Shown in pieces: positions 1-9,077 of a stretch of 64,000 bases of DNA (the stretch's first letter is position 1; each line of letters opens with the position of its first letter). The stretch spans positions 24,325-88,324 of the forward strand of contig JAFRXI010000018.1 in the NCBI GenBank assembly GCA_017437755.1, given 5' to 3'. Source of the stretch: Bacteroidales bacterium. Its GTDB lineage: Bacteria; Bacteroidota; Bacteroidia; Bacteroidales; UBA932. A program made the translations under genes and the position numbers. The notes under the pieces are model-generated. The model searched no databases, was not told the DNA's origin, and saw nothing but the letters and a program-made list of their open reading frames with translations.

Positions 1-215
1 CGGATAATCTTTTGTCCCTGAGGACTTTCCACCCTTCGTCTGACATCTGGGATGTCATCCTGTGTAAGGTAGAGCCTGGGATGCCCCCTGGGAGGATCCG
101 GGATTGTGACGGGAGCGGAGATGTCATTTGGCGTTTTATGCCGGCATGGCTCTGCAGCGACGCACCCTGTCTGCGACAACAGTGAGACGATAAGGACAGC
201 TATAATAAAAGTCAT
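1..215 (-). CDS. Partial CDS running off the left edge; putative exported protein (MTFIIAVLIVSLLSQTGC...)
   Basis: Manual translation from ATG at 215 is open to position 1. Hydrophobic N-terminus followed by Cys; TATCTTTG -7 promoter box at 247-240. Confidence 0.5.
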   Translation of the reverse strand, partial: MTFIIAVLIVSLLSQTGCVAAEPCRHKTPNDISAPVTIPDPPRGHPRLYLTQDDIPDVRRRVESPQGQKII

Positions 216-239
216 GGCTATACGCGTAGTGTTACTTTA

Positions 240-247
240 CAAAGATA
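240..247 (-). promoter_or_regulatory. Bacteroidetes sigma70 -7 element (TATCTTTG)
   Basis: Exact match to TAnnTTTG in an AT-rich region upstream of the ATG at 215. Confidence 0.55.
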
Positions 248-350
248 AGCAAAACCACTGCATTGCCATTAGGGATTTGTTCAATAAAACTACAATATTG
301 TCCCAAAAAGAATAAATAATGTAGCATATGTTCAGGGGTTTCAGAGTCTC

Positions 351-420
351 CGTCACCCCAGTCACCTTCGTCACCCCCGGCACCTTCGTCACCCCCGGCA
401 CCTTCGTCACCCCCGGCACC
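351..420. repeat. 18-bp tandem repeat CACCTTCGTCACCCCCGG x3 plus partial copies
   Basis: Units at 363-380, 381-398 and 399-416 read directly. Confidence 0.95.
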
Positions 421-565
421 GACCGGGGCTCGGGCGTCTCTGGCCAGGGGGCGGGGATTCCGCTCTCGGCCTCCGGCCTCGGACCCTCCCACGGCTTTGC
501 CGCGGGCCCCTCCCGCTGCATGCGCGGGTGCATACGGCTCCATCCCCGCCCCCCCCTGGCCGGCA
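399..565. repeat. REP/MITE-like GC-rich palindromic element, copy 1
   Basis: Small hairpin GTCACCCCCGG-cacCGA-CCGGGG, then a long stem GGCCAGGGGGCGGGGA...TCCCCGCCCCCCCCTGGCC. The ~100-bp core 457-556 is identical to 862-961. Confidence 0.85.
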
Positions 566-800
566 ACCCACAATGTCACTTGCATCACCACATCGTCCTT
601 CCTCCCACACCACCACCAGCACCGGCACTCACATCCCCGGTTACACTCGAGGCGCGCACGGGCGGCATCGATTTCGGGCAAAATCGGGTCCGTCCATGTC
701 AACGCTGTCACGCTCGGGACTGAAAAACGGGCTTAGCAGGCCCGCCCGTGCACAAGTCCTCCGGTCACACCACCTCCTCAGGTGCCCCACACACGCTCCT

Positions 801-975
801 CACCTTCGTCACCGCCGGCATCGACCGGGGGTCTCGGCATCTCCGGCCAGGGGGGGCGGTTATTCCGCTCTCGGCCTCCGGCCTCGGACCCTCCCACGGC
901 TTTGCCGCGGGCCCCTCCCGCTGCATGCGCGGGTGCATACGGCTCCATCCCCGCCCCCCCCCTGACCGGGGTGCC
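801..975. repeat. REP/MITE-like GC-rich palindromic element, copy 2
   Basis: Direct repeat of 399-565; the outer stem pairs 836-859 with about 951-975. Confidence 0.85.
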
Positions 976-1191
976 AGTGAGCCGTAACGGGAGAATAGGG
1001 CATCAACCGGAAAAACATTGTCCATGCAGAACCCTATTTCGGTTTGGTGCACATGGTGTCCGTGGCGGCGAAATATCTGACATAGAGGCAGATGGAGGAA
1101 ATACCAGTAGCGTCGAAGCGAGATTGTTGTTTCTGGGAACAATCTCTATATCAGCGTATTAGCTGCCACGGCGACCTGTCCCCGCTCGGGC

Positions 1192-2670
1192 TTAAAAACC
1201 CAGAACGGCCATCCTGGAGGAGTACGGGGCGGCTTCCGCTTCGGAAAGGTACAGGCCTAGGCTTGAATGTGAGGAAATGGGATTTCCCGAAGGGTCTTTT
1301 GATCCGAATTCCTTCCAGCCGGAGGTGGCGGTGGGCTTGGACGGGTTGGGTGTCTTGGACTGGTTCCATCCGTCCTTGGAGATTACGGGGAACATTGTGC
1401 AGTTGACGAAGGTGACGTTGTCAAAGTACTTGCTGTCGCCGCCGGAGCGGGCCAGGGCCATCTTGCCGTCGGGGACACCGCCGCCGGAAGTGAGGCGGCA
1501 GCCCAGGAAGACAAAGCCCTTGTCGGTGGCCTTCTGGATACGTGCCTGTACTATGTAACCTTCTGCCAGTGAGCGGATTTCGCAGTCCTCAAAGAGGCAG
1601 GCTGCAGGATAGCCCCAGATGTAGTCGCAGTGTCCTGCGATAAGGCTGCCGTGGACCCATGCGATGCCTTTTGTGAGGAAGGTGTCCTGGAACGACCAGA
1701 GTTCGCAGTTCTCGATGGTGAGCCTGTGGGTGTTGTTTCCGCTATTGAAATAGATGGTCTCGGCCTGGCCTTTCAGTTGCCCGAAGGTGTTCTTGATTGT
1801 GAGGTTCTCCAGGGTGAGGTTGTTGCAGTTCTCAACGAGTATCACGCTCCGTCCTCCGGAACTGCCGATGCCCTTTCCCAGTTTGGGCTCGTCGGTGCCG
1901 GAGCCGCTGCCAAGTTCATAGCTCTCGTTGTTGGCATAGGCGATGATGCTCTGTGTACGACGCCCGGTGCCCTTCAGGGTGAGGTTGTCCTTGTCGCGGA
2001 TATACAGCATCTCGGGGTATGTCCCGGGGGCGATGCTTATGGTCACGGCCTTGTCCTTGCCTTTCCTGCAGGCAAAGTTTATAGCGGCCTGGACGGTGCA
2101 GAAATCCCCTTTGCCGTCGGGTTTGACGGTGAATTCATCCAGAGACGTCGGGGCCGGTTTGGTCTGGAGGCCGATTTCCATGGCTTCCCCTCCCCGGATC
2201 ACCCCGGCGTCCACCTTGACGGTGTATTTGCCGTCGAAGGAGAGGGCGCCGCAGTGGAGCCGTATTTCAAGGCCCTTGTCCGTTACGCGCAGCGGGGTAT
2301 AGTGCACCACGCGCCACTTGCCGGATGTCCCTCCGGGAATCCTGTCGTGGAAGGTGTTGAGGACGGTGGCGTCGGTTATCTGCTCCCGGGGAATCATCTG
2401 TCCGTCGTCCCGGATGGTGACCGTGGCCAGGTCTGCCAGGTCGATTTCATCCACGACCGTTGTGCCGGATTCTTTGTAAACCCTTATCTTTCCGGAGTTT
2501 CCGAGTTCGGGACGCCCCTCCGTGGCGATGAATATGGGGGCGTCGGGACACACGGCGTTTGCGGTGGGGATGTCGGTCTGGTCCTCATTGCCGTTGCCGT
2601 TTCCGGCGGGGGCTTTCCGGCAGGCGGTGAGCGCAATCATTGCGCCCAGCAGGATATAAAGGTGTTTCAC
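1192..2670 (-). CDS. Pectinesterase-family (CE8) lipoprotein with an N-terminal extension
   Basis: Lipobox LTAC; CE8 motifs GDFCTVQAAI, IAPGTYPE, GQAE, FQDTFL, GHCDYIWG; GTG start. Confidence 0.85.
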   Translation of the reverse strand: MKHLYILLGAMIALTACRKAPAGNGNGNEDQTDIPTANAVCPDAPIFIATEGRPELGNSGKIRVYKESGTTVVDEIDLADLATVTIRDDGQMIPREQITDATVLNTFHDRIPGGTSGKWRVVHYTPLRVTDKGLEIRLHCGALSFDGKYTVKVDAGVIRGGEAMEIGLQTKPAPTSLDEFTVKPDGKGDFCTVQAAINFACRKGKDKAVTISIAPGTYPEMLYIRDKDNLTLKGTGRRTQSIIAYANNESYELGSGSGTDEPKLGKGIGSSGGRSVILVENCNNLTLENLTIKNTFGQLKGQAETIYFNSGNNTHRLTIENCELWSFQDTFLTKGIAWVHGSLIAGHCDYIWGYPAACLFEDCEIRSLAEGYIVQARIQKATDKGFVFLGCRLTSGGGVPDGKMALARSGGDSKYFDNVTFVNCTMFPVISKDGWNQSKTPNPSKPTATSGWKEFGSKDPSGNPISSHSSLGLYLSEAEAAPYSSRMAVLGF

Positions 2671-2704
2671 GTGTCTTGTGGTGGTAAGGGTTGTTTTGAT
2701 ATTA

Positions 2705-4318
2705 TTACTCTATGGATTTGACGGCCTCTTCAAAGAGGTCGCGGTCGCCGCGGGCCTTGTTCTTAATCTTGGCCCGGTAGTTATAGATGGTGTTGGCGGA
2801 AAAATGCAGCAGGGAGGCGATCTTTGAGGAATCGTTGATTCCCAGTTTGATAAGGGCGAACACCCTCAGTTCCGGTGTCAGGATGTCGTTCCCTTTTGGG
2901 GTGATTGCCTCTCCGGGGGCGAGCAGGGCGTTGAACTTCTCCACAAAGTCGGGGTAAAGGCTGATGAAGGTCTCGTCAAACATCTTGTTGAAGGAGCGGA
3001 TATCCTCCTCGATGGGCGGGGTGGCCTCGATCTCCTCCACCAGGTATTTGTCGTTTCCGCGACGTATATACTTGAGTACGTGATTCTTATATTGGCGCGA
3101 CGTGGAGATGTTCTCGCTCAGGTTCTGTAGGAACAGGGCTATGTATGTCTGCCGTACCTTGTTGGATTCCTTCAGCTTCCCGTTGACCTCCTCAAGGGCC
3201 TTGTTCCTCCTTTCGATGGAGCCCTTGGATGCTTCCAGCTCCTTTCTGGTCCGGACCAGTATTCGCTGGCGCCTGGAAAGGATGTACAGTGCCACGAGGA
3301 GCATGGCCGACAGGATCAGGGCCAGCCAGACAATCGCCCTGAGCCGCTTTGAGCTCTGGGCGCTCTTGGCGGCATAGGCCTGTTCCAGGGTCGGCAGGAA
3401 CTGGGCTATCTGCCATTGGCGAAGCCTTCCGTTGAAGATGAGGGCGTCGCTCATGCAGTGGTCCACGGCGTATTTGAAAGCCCGGTCGATGTCGCCGCGG
3501 CGGAAAAGCAGGTCGGACAGTTCGTTGAGAGAGGCATAATCCTTTGTGTCGCACATCACGTCGGCGATGGCCGACATTGCCAGGTAGCGGATATTCTCGT
3601 TTTCGTCCTTCTGGTACGAGGCCACGAAGTAGGCCGCCCTTGCATAGTCCTTTGTATTGGGTTTTGTGACCTGCAGGGCCTTCAGGGCGTATTCCATGGC
3701 CAGGTCGTCGTTCTTGTCGGCCTCGGCCTGGACCCTTTTCTGGTCATACCAGTCGTAGGTGCCTTCTTCCAGCGACTGGAGCAGCAGGCTCCGGTACATG
3801 TCCCTTTTCTTCCAGTACATGGCATTGTTGGAAGAATAGGCCGCGAGTTCTCCGTAAAGGTAGTTGGATACTGAATAGAACGACTGTTCCAGCCCGGGCG
3901 GAATATGTTCTATACTGTAGGGGGAAAGCAGGTCCAGCGCGTCGGAATGCAGGCCGGCCCGTCCGAACTGCCTGGCCAGGAGGAAGTCGGTCTCGGCCTT
4001 GAGGTAACCGTCATCCAGGGCCCGGGCGATCTCCCGGTTCCGGTTGAGGTAATGGACGGCCGAATCCAGGCAATGGGCGGAATACTCCTCGGCCATGCGG
4101 AGGTTTATGTCGTATTCCTGGCGCGGGGTGTTCCGCTCAGACAGGAGGCTCCTCAGCGCGTCGGTCCTCTGCATGAAGTAGGTCTCGTAGGTATCCTGCA
4201 TCTCCAGGGTCTGGTCCAGCTTCAGGAGGATTGCGTCTCCCTCGTCCCGGGCGGCAGCGGCGACGGTGACAAGGAGGCAGGCAAGTGTTATCGATAATTT
4301 ATGCGGCAAGTGTTCCAT
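2705..4318 (-). CDS. SusR-like membrane-spanning transcriptional regulator (DUF6377-type, C-terminal HTH)
   Basis: Signal peptide, TPR-like periplasmic region, transmembrane helix, and the C-terminus FDETFISLYPDFV...TPELRVFALIKLGINDSSKIASLLHFSANTIYNYR. Start reassigned to ATG 4318, downstream of TATCTTTG at 4333-4326. Confidence 0.9.
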   Translation of the reverse strand: MEHLPHKLSITLACLLVTVAAAARDEGDAILLKLDQTLEMQDTYETYFMQRTDALRSLLSERNTPRQEYDINLRMAEEYSAHCLDSAVHYLNRNREIARALDDGYLKAETDFLLARQFGRAGLHSDALDLLSPYSIEHIPPGLEQSFYSVSNYLYGELAAYSSNNAMYWKKRDMYRSLLLQSLEEGTYDWYDQKRVQAEADKNDDLAMEYALKALQVTKPNTKDYARAAYFVASYQKDENENIRYLAMSAIADVMCDTKDYASLNELSDLLFRRGDIDRAFKYAVDHCMSDALIFNGRLRQWQIAQFLPTLEQAYAAKSAQSSKRLRAIVWLALILSAMLLVALYILSRRQRILVRTRKELEASKGSIERRNKALEEVNGKLKESNKVRQTYIALFLQNLSENISTSRQYKNHVLKYIRRGNDKYLVEEIEATPPIEEDIRSFNKMFDETFISLYPDFVEKFNALLAPGEAITPKGNDILTPELRVFALIKLGINDSSKIASLLHFSANTIYNYRAKIKNKARGDRDLFEEAVKSIE

Positions 4319-4364
4319 AGGTTTCCAAAGATACTCTTTCCACCGCAAAAAAGCAACTTCCCCC

Positions 4365-4518
4365 GTCCACTCGGTTTTTACTGAAGTCCACTTTTTCTTA
4401 TAGGGGATCCTGAGTGGAATAAACTGATTGTCAGGCAATTATCCATCTTCGTGGGGTGTGTGGCGTCCACTTTGGCCCAAAAGTACGCTTATTATAATAG
4501 GCGATATGACTACTTTTG
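4365..4518. promoter_or_regulatory. Divergent susR/susC control region with GTCCACT repeats and a -7 box TACTTTTG (4511-4518)
   Basis: GTCCACT at 4365, 4386 and 4465; inverted TCCACT at 4413-4418; TAnnTTTG match. Confidence 0.5.
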
Positions 4519-4571
4519 ACTTGTCCGGAACCCCGGAACTACACAGTAATAACCAATCTCTTCAAGGGAAC

Positions 4572-7541
4572 ATGAAAAAAATTCTCGTTTTTGCACTGAT
4601 GCTGCTGGGAACGGTTGCGTTTGCCCAGAAGCAAACCGTTACGGGAAGGATAGTGGATGCCTCGGGAAACCCCGTCCCCGGCCTTACGGTCCTGGAGCAG
4701 GGTACTTCCAACGGTACCACCACCGATGCGGACGGAAAGTATTCCATCTCCGTGTCGCCTTCTTCGGTCCTTTCCTTCGAGGCCCTCGGCTACACTACCG
4801 TAACCGAGACCGTGGGCTCGAGGAATGTAATTGATGTAACCGTTTCAGAAGAGGCCCTCGAGCTGGACGCTGTTGTGGCCATCGGTTACGGTTCGGTCCG
4901 GAAGAAGGACCTTACCACCGCTGTTTCAATCGTTTCCACCGACGATGCGGTTCACCGCCCCATTACCGAGGCTTCGGGTCTCATCCAGGGCAAGGTGGCC
5001 GGTGTCCAGGTCCAGCAGACCAGCGGTCTTCCCGGAGCCGGCATGACGGTCCGTGTCCGCGGAAACAGCTCCATAGCTTCGTCCAACGACCCTCTCTACG
5101 TGGTTGACGGCGTTCCCGTGGGCGAAGGCTCCTATGCGATCGCTTACCTGTCGCCCAATGACATCGAGACGATGCAGATCCTCAAGGACGCCTCCTCTGC
5201 GGCCATTTACGGTTCACGTGCCGCCAACGGCGTGGTGCTCATCACCACCAAGCAGGGCGCAAAGAACCAGGCTCCCCACATCAACTTCACCAGCTACGTG
5301 GGTGTTTCCAACGTCACCCACAAGTTCAACGTGCTCAACACCGAGGAGTACCGCGAATATGCCGGAGAGTTCAACATCAACATCCCCGAAGACCTGACCG
5401 ACCAGACCGACTGGTTCGATTATACCTACAGGACCGGGATCACCCAGAACTACCAGATTGGCGTAAGCGGCGGCGGTGACAGGTTCCGCTATTACCTCGG
5501 CGGCGGCTACAACGACGAAAAGGGTATTATCAAGGTAGCGTTCGCACGCAGGTACAATGTGCGGGCGAGCTTTGACGTGGATATGTACAAATGGCTCACC
5601 GTGGGTGCCAACGTGGCTTATTCGCACTATAAGAACAACGGCATCATCTCCGGTCAGGGCGCCAACCGCGCCGGTGTGGTCCTTTCGGTGATCAGTACCC
5701 CTACCTATGCCCTTATCAAGGACACCGAGAACCCCGAGCAGTATTATTACAATTTCTACGGCCTTGGAGGACTTTCCTCTCCCGCCGAGAACATGGCCCG
5801 CAGCGAGTTCAATTACGATACCACCGACCGTGCCATCCTCACCGGCTACGCCCAGATCAACTTCACAAAGAAGTTCAACTTCAAGAGCACGGTCACCATG
5901 GACCGCCGCTGGGTCCACGGCTGGAGCTACCTCGATCCGGTGCAGACCCAGTACGGCCGCACCCAGCACGGCGAGGCCACCGATACCCGCAGCGACGACC
6001 GCAGGATGATCTACGACAACATCTTCTCCTACAAGGACACCTTTGCCGGGAAGCACAACCTGGACGTGATGGCCGGAACCTCCGCAACCACTTCCGACTG
6101 GCAGCAGCTCTCCGGTTCCCGCAGCAACTTCAATACCGAGTACTACGACAAGATCTGGGGACTCAGCGGCGGCAACAAGGGCGGTCTCCGCGGACAGGAT
6201 ACCGGATGGGCCCAGTGGGCGATAATGTCGTTCCTCGGCCGCGTGGCATACAACTACGACAGCAAGTACTACCTGACGGTGAATTTCCGTGCCGACGGTT
6301 CCTCCAAGCTCGCCCCCGGCCACAAGTGGGGCTTCTTCCCCTCGGCTTCCGCTGCATGGCGGCTCACCGGCGAGGAATGGCTCAAGGACGTGAGCTGGCT
6401 CAACGACCTCAAACTCCGCGCGGGATGGGGCCAGCAGGGCAACCAGAGCGGCCTAGGGGACTATGCCTGGGTACAGACATACAACACCAGCTATTACGAC
6501 TGGACCAAGGACGAATACGCCTATTCCACCCCCGCAATCGGTGACAAGTCCAACTTCGGGAACAAATACCTGACATGGGAGACCACCACCCAGGCCAACG
6601 TGGGTATCGACGCCAGCTTCTTCGGGAGCAGGCTCACCCTCACCCTCGACGGATACTACAAGTACACCAGCAACATGCTGATGAACGTAAGCCTGCCCTC
6701 TCCCTATCCCAGCATCTTCCGCAACGAGGGCGAGATGTCCAACTGGGGCATCGAGGCTGCCCTGAGCAGCGTCAACATCGCCAAGAACGGATTCGAGTGG
6801 ACCACGGACTTCAACATCTCCATGAACCGCAACCGTCTTGAGAAGCTCGACCTCCAGCAGGTATACTATTATGTGAGCCCCGAAATCATCGGCGAGAACA
6901 TCGTCAGGATGACTCCCGGCCAGCCTCTCTCCATGTTCTGGGGCTACAAGGCCCAGGGTGTGGATCCCGAGACCGGCCTCCTCATGTATGAGGACCTCAA
7001 CGGCGACGGCGACATCACCGACGTTGACAAGCAGTATATCGGCAACGCCAACCCCAAGTTCATCTTCGGCCTTACCAACAACTTCAAATACAAGGGGATC
7101 GGCCTGAGCGTGCTCATGACCGGATCGGTGGGCAACGATGTCTTCAATGTGTCCAAAATCAACATGATGGGCATGCAGAACGGGTACAACCAGCTTCATG
7201 ACGTGGTGCGCCGCTGGAGGATCCCCGGGCAGATAACCGACGTCCCCAAGTCGGGGGAACCCTGGAACGCCAAGGCTTCCACCTACTGGGTCGAGAATGG
7301 TTCTTATCTGAAAATCAAGAACATAACCCTCTCGTATGACGTTGAGGCCAGGTGGCTCAAGAAGATCAACGTGGCCCGTATCCAGCCTTACGTCACCCTG
7401 TCCAACTTCATCACCTTTACGAAGTATTCGGGCTTCGACCCTGAAATGAGCCAGTATTCGGCCGCCACCAACACCGGCATCGACTACGGCACCTATCCCA
7501 ACGTGAGGACCGCGATCTTCGGAATCAACATCGATTTCTAA
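4572..7541 (+). CDS. susC: SusC/RagA TonB-dependent transporter (PUL1)
   Basis: Signal peptide MKKILVF, N-terminal carboxypeptidase-regulatory-like domain, LDAVVAIGYG, PLYVVDG, ILKDASSAAIYGSRAANGVVLITTK, C-terminal Phe. Confidence 0.97.
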   Translation: MKKILVFALMLLGTVAFAQKQTVTGRIVDASGNPVPGLTVLEQGTSNGTTTDADGKYSISVSPSSVLSFEALGYTTVTETVGSRNVIDVTVSEEALELDAVVAIGYGSVRKKDLTTAVSIVSTDDAVHRPITEASGLIQGKVAGVQVQQTSGLPGAGMTVRVRGNSSIASSNDPLYVVDGVPVGEGSYAIAYLSPNDIETMQILKDASSAAIYGSRAANGVVLITTKQGAKNQAPHINFTSYVGVSNVTHKFNVLNTEEYREYAGEFNINIPEDLTDQTDWFDYTYRTGITQNYQIGVSGGGDRFRYYLGGGYNDEKGIIKVAFARRYNVRASFDVDMYKWLTVGANVAYSHYKNNGIISGQGANRAGVVLSVISTPTYALIKDTENPEQYYYNFYGLGGLSSPAENMARSEFNYDTTDRAILTGYAQINFTKKFNFKSTVTMDRRWVHGWSYLDPVQTQYGRTQHGEATDTRSDDRRMIYDNIFSYKDTFAGKHNLDVMAGTSATTSDWQQLSGSRSNFNTEYYDKIWGLSGGNKGGLRGQDTGWAQWAIMSFLGRVAYNYDSKYYLTVNFRADGSSKLAPGHKWGFFPSASAAWRLTGEEWLKDVSWLNDLKLRAGWGQQGNQSGLGDYAWVQTYNTSYYDWTKDEYAYSTPAIGDKSNFGNKYLTWETTTQANVGIDASFFGSRLTLTLDGYYKYTSNMLMNVSLPSPYPSIFRNEGEMSNWGIEAALSSVNIAKNGFEWTTDFNISMNRNRLEKLDLQQVYYYVSPEIIGENIVRMTPGQPLSMFWGYKAQGVDPETGLLMYEDLNGDGDITDVDKQYIGNANPKFIFGLTNNFKYKGIGLSVLMTGSVGNDVFNVSKINMMGMQNGYNQLHDVVRRWRIPGQITDVPKSGEPWNAKASTYWVENGSYLKIKNITLSYDVEARWLKKINVARIQPYVTLSNFITFTKYSGFDPEMSQYSAATNTGIDYGTYPNVRTAIFGINIDF

Positions 7542-7554
7542 CATGGAAGGAATT

Positions 7555-9075
7555 ATGAAAAAGATAGTCAACATATTGGCCGCCGTGGCCGCCGTGACCG
7601 GCCTCGCCGCCTGCGACCTCGACCTGTATTCTCCCACTTCCTTCAACAAGGGGAACGTGGAGACCACCGGCGACAATGAAGAAAGCGCTTCCCAGTACAA
7701 GAGCCGCACCGATATGGAGAACCTTCGCAACTCGCTGTACAACAGCTGGGTGAAAGATATCCAGGAGATGGGCCTGGAGGACTGGCTGGTTTATTCCGAA
7801 ACCCGCGCCGACAATGCTTACTGCGGTACCACCACCGCATCCATCATGGCCATCGAGGCCAACAAGCAGGACGGCTCCAACACCAATATCACGCGCGACT
7901 GGAATTGGTATCAGAAGCAGGTCTCGAACGCAAACCAGATCATCTGCAACATCGACCGCATCGCGGAGGAGGATACTTCCCTTTCCGCATCCGAGCGCGA
8001 CCAGTGGAAGGCCGAGGCTCTCATCTGGAGGTCCTTCTGCTTCTTCCGCCTGACCCAGCTCTGGGGAGACGCCCCCATGGTGCTCGAGATACCCCCGACC
8101 ATTACCGTGGAGAACGTATCGGAGGTGTATTCGCTCTATTATCCTGACCGTACGCCCATGAACGACGTATATGCCCAGCTTGTGAAAGACCTCACATGGG
8201 CGGTCCAGTACGCACCCAAGAGCAATCCCAACAACAAGATGCTCATGTCCGACGCCTTTGCATACGGCCTGCTCGCACGCATCTACGCCGAGAAGCCCAT
8301 CCGCGACTGGGGCAAGGTTATCGAGTACTGCAACACCATCGAGGGCATGAACTTCTCGCTGGAACCGTCCTATGGCACCCTCTGGAGCTATGAGGAAGGT
8401 GAAGCCGGCGATGCCTACCGCAATTCCCCGGAGAGCATCTTCGAGGTGCAGTGGACTTCCAAGAGCAGCGGCAACTGGGTGTTCATGATGTATCACCGCA
8501 ATGCCTACAATCCCAACGACAGCTATTCCTGGGCCAAGTGGCAGACCCCTTCGCGCGACCTCATCGAGGCCTATGAGAAGGAAGGCGACACCGAGCGAAT
8601 GAACGCGTCCATCATTTGGGACAGCTGCTCCTGGAGCAATTACTATTCTTCAGACAACTACGCCTTCATGCACAAGGTCCCCACAAACGTTTCCAGCATA
8701 CTTGTCATGAGGCTTGCGGAAATCTACCTGCTTCATGCAGAGGCCTGTGCATGCACTTCCGACTTCGAGGGCGTGAAGACCTATGTGAACAAGGTCCGCA
8801 CCCGTGCGAAGCTCTCGCCGATTCCGGCTCCTGCAAGCGTGGACGAGGCTATCGACGTTGTCCTTCACGAGCGCAGGCTGGAACTCTCCTTCGAGGGCTT
8901 CCGCTTCTTCGACCTCGCCCGTCACGACAGGATAATCGACGTGCATAATTCCATGAACGAAAAGGACAGCTACTGGCAGCAGCGCAAGCCCCTCTTCGAG
9001 AGCCGCATCTTCCTGCCTGTCCCTACCGAGGCCCTGGATGCCAATCCTAATATGTCCCAAAACGCAGGTTATTGA
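7555..9075 (+). CDS. susD: SusD/RagB glycan-binding lipoprotein (PUL1)
   Basis: Lipobox LAAC; MRLAEIYLLHAEA, ERRLELSFEGFRFFDL and QNAGY end; directly follows susC. Confidence 0.96.
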   Translation: MKKIVNILAAVAAVTGLAACDLDLYSPTSFNKGNVETTGDNEESASQYKSRTDMENLRNSLYNSWVKDIQEMGLEDWLVYSETRADNAYCGTTTASIMAIEANKQDGSNTNITRDWNWYQKQVSNANQIICNIDRIAEEDTSLSASERDQWKAEALIWRSFCFFRLTQLWGDAPMVLEIPPTITVENVSEVYSLYYPDRTPMNDVYAQLVKDLTWAVQYAPKSNPNNKMLMSDAFAYGLLARIYAEKPIRDWGKVIEYCNTIEGMNFSLEPSYGTLWSYEEGEAGDAYRNSPESIFEVQWTSKSSGNWVFMMYHRNAYNPNDSYSWAKWQTPSRDLIEAYEKEGDTERMNASIIWDSCSWSNYYSSDNYAFMHKVPTNVSSILVMRLAEIYLLHAEACACTSDFEGVKTYVNKVRTRAKLSPIPAPASVDEAIDVVLHERRLELSFEGFRFFDLARHDRIIDVHNSMNEKDSYWQQRKPLFESRIFLPVPTEALDANPNMSQNAGY

Positions 9076-9077
9076 TT

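Noticed and set aside
351-420. Possible CRISPR array
   Set aside because: The 18-bp units are contiguous with no spacers, and no cas genes are present.
232-1162. Numerous overlapping short ORFs
   Set aside because: Low-complexity translations of GC-rich palindromic repeats.
4319-4571. Overlapping N-terminal extensions of susR (to 4438) and susC (from 4428)
   Set aside because: Signal peptides begin at 4318 and 4572, and the interval contains promoter boxes. Similar extensions were trimmed at 24688, 29655, 31108, 31114, 42820 and 58562.
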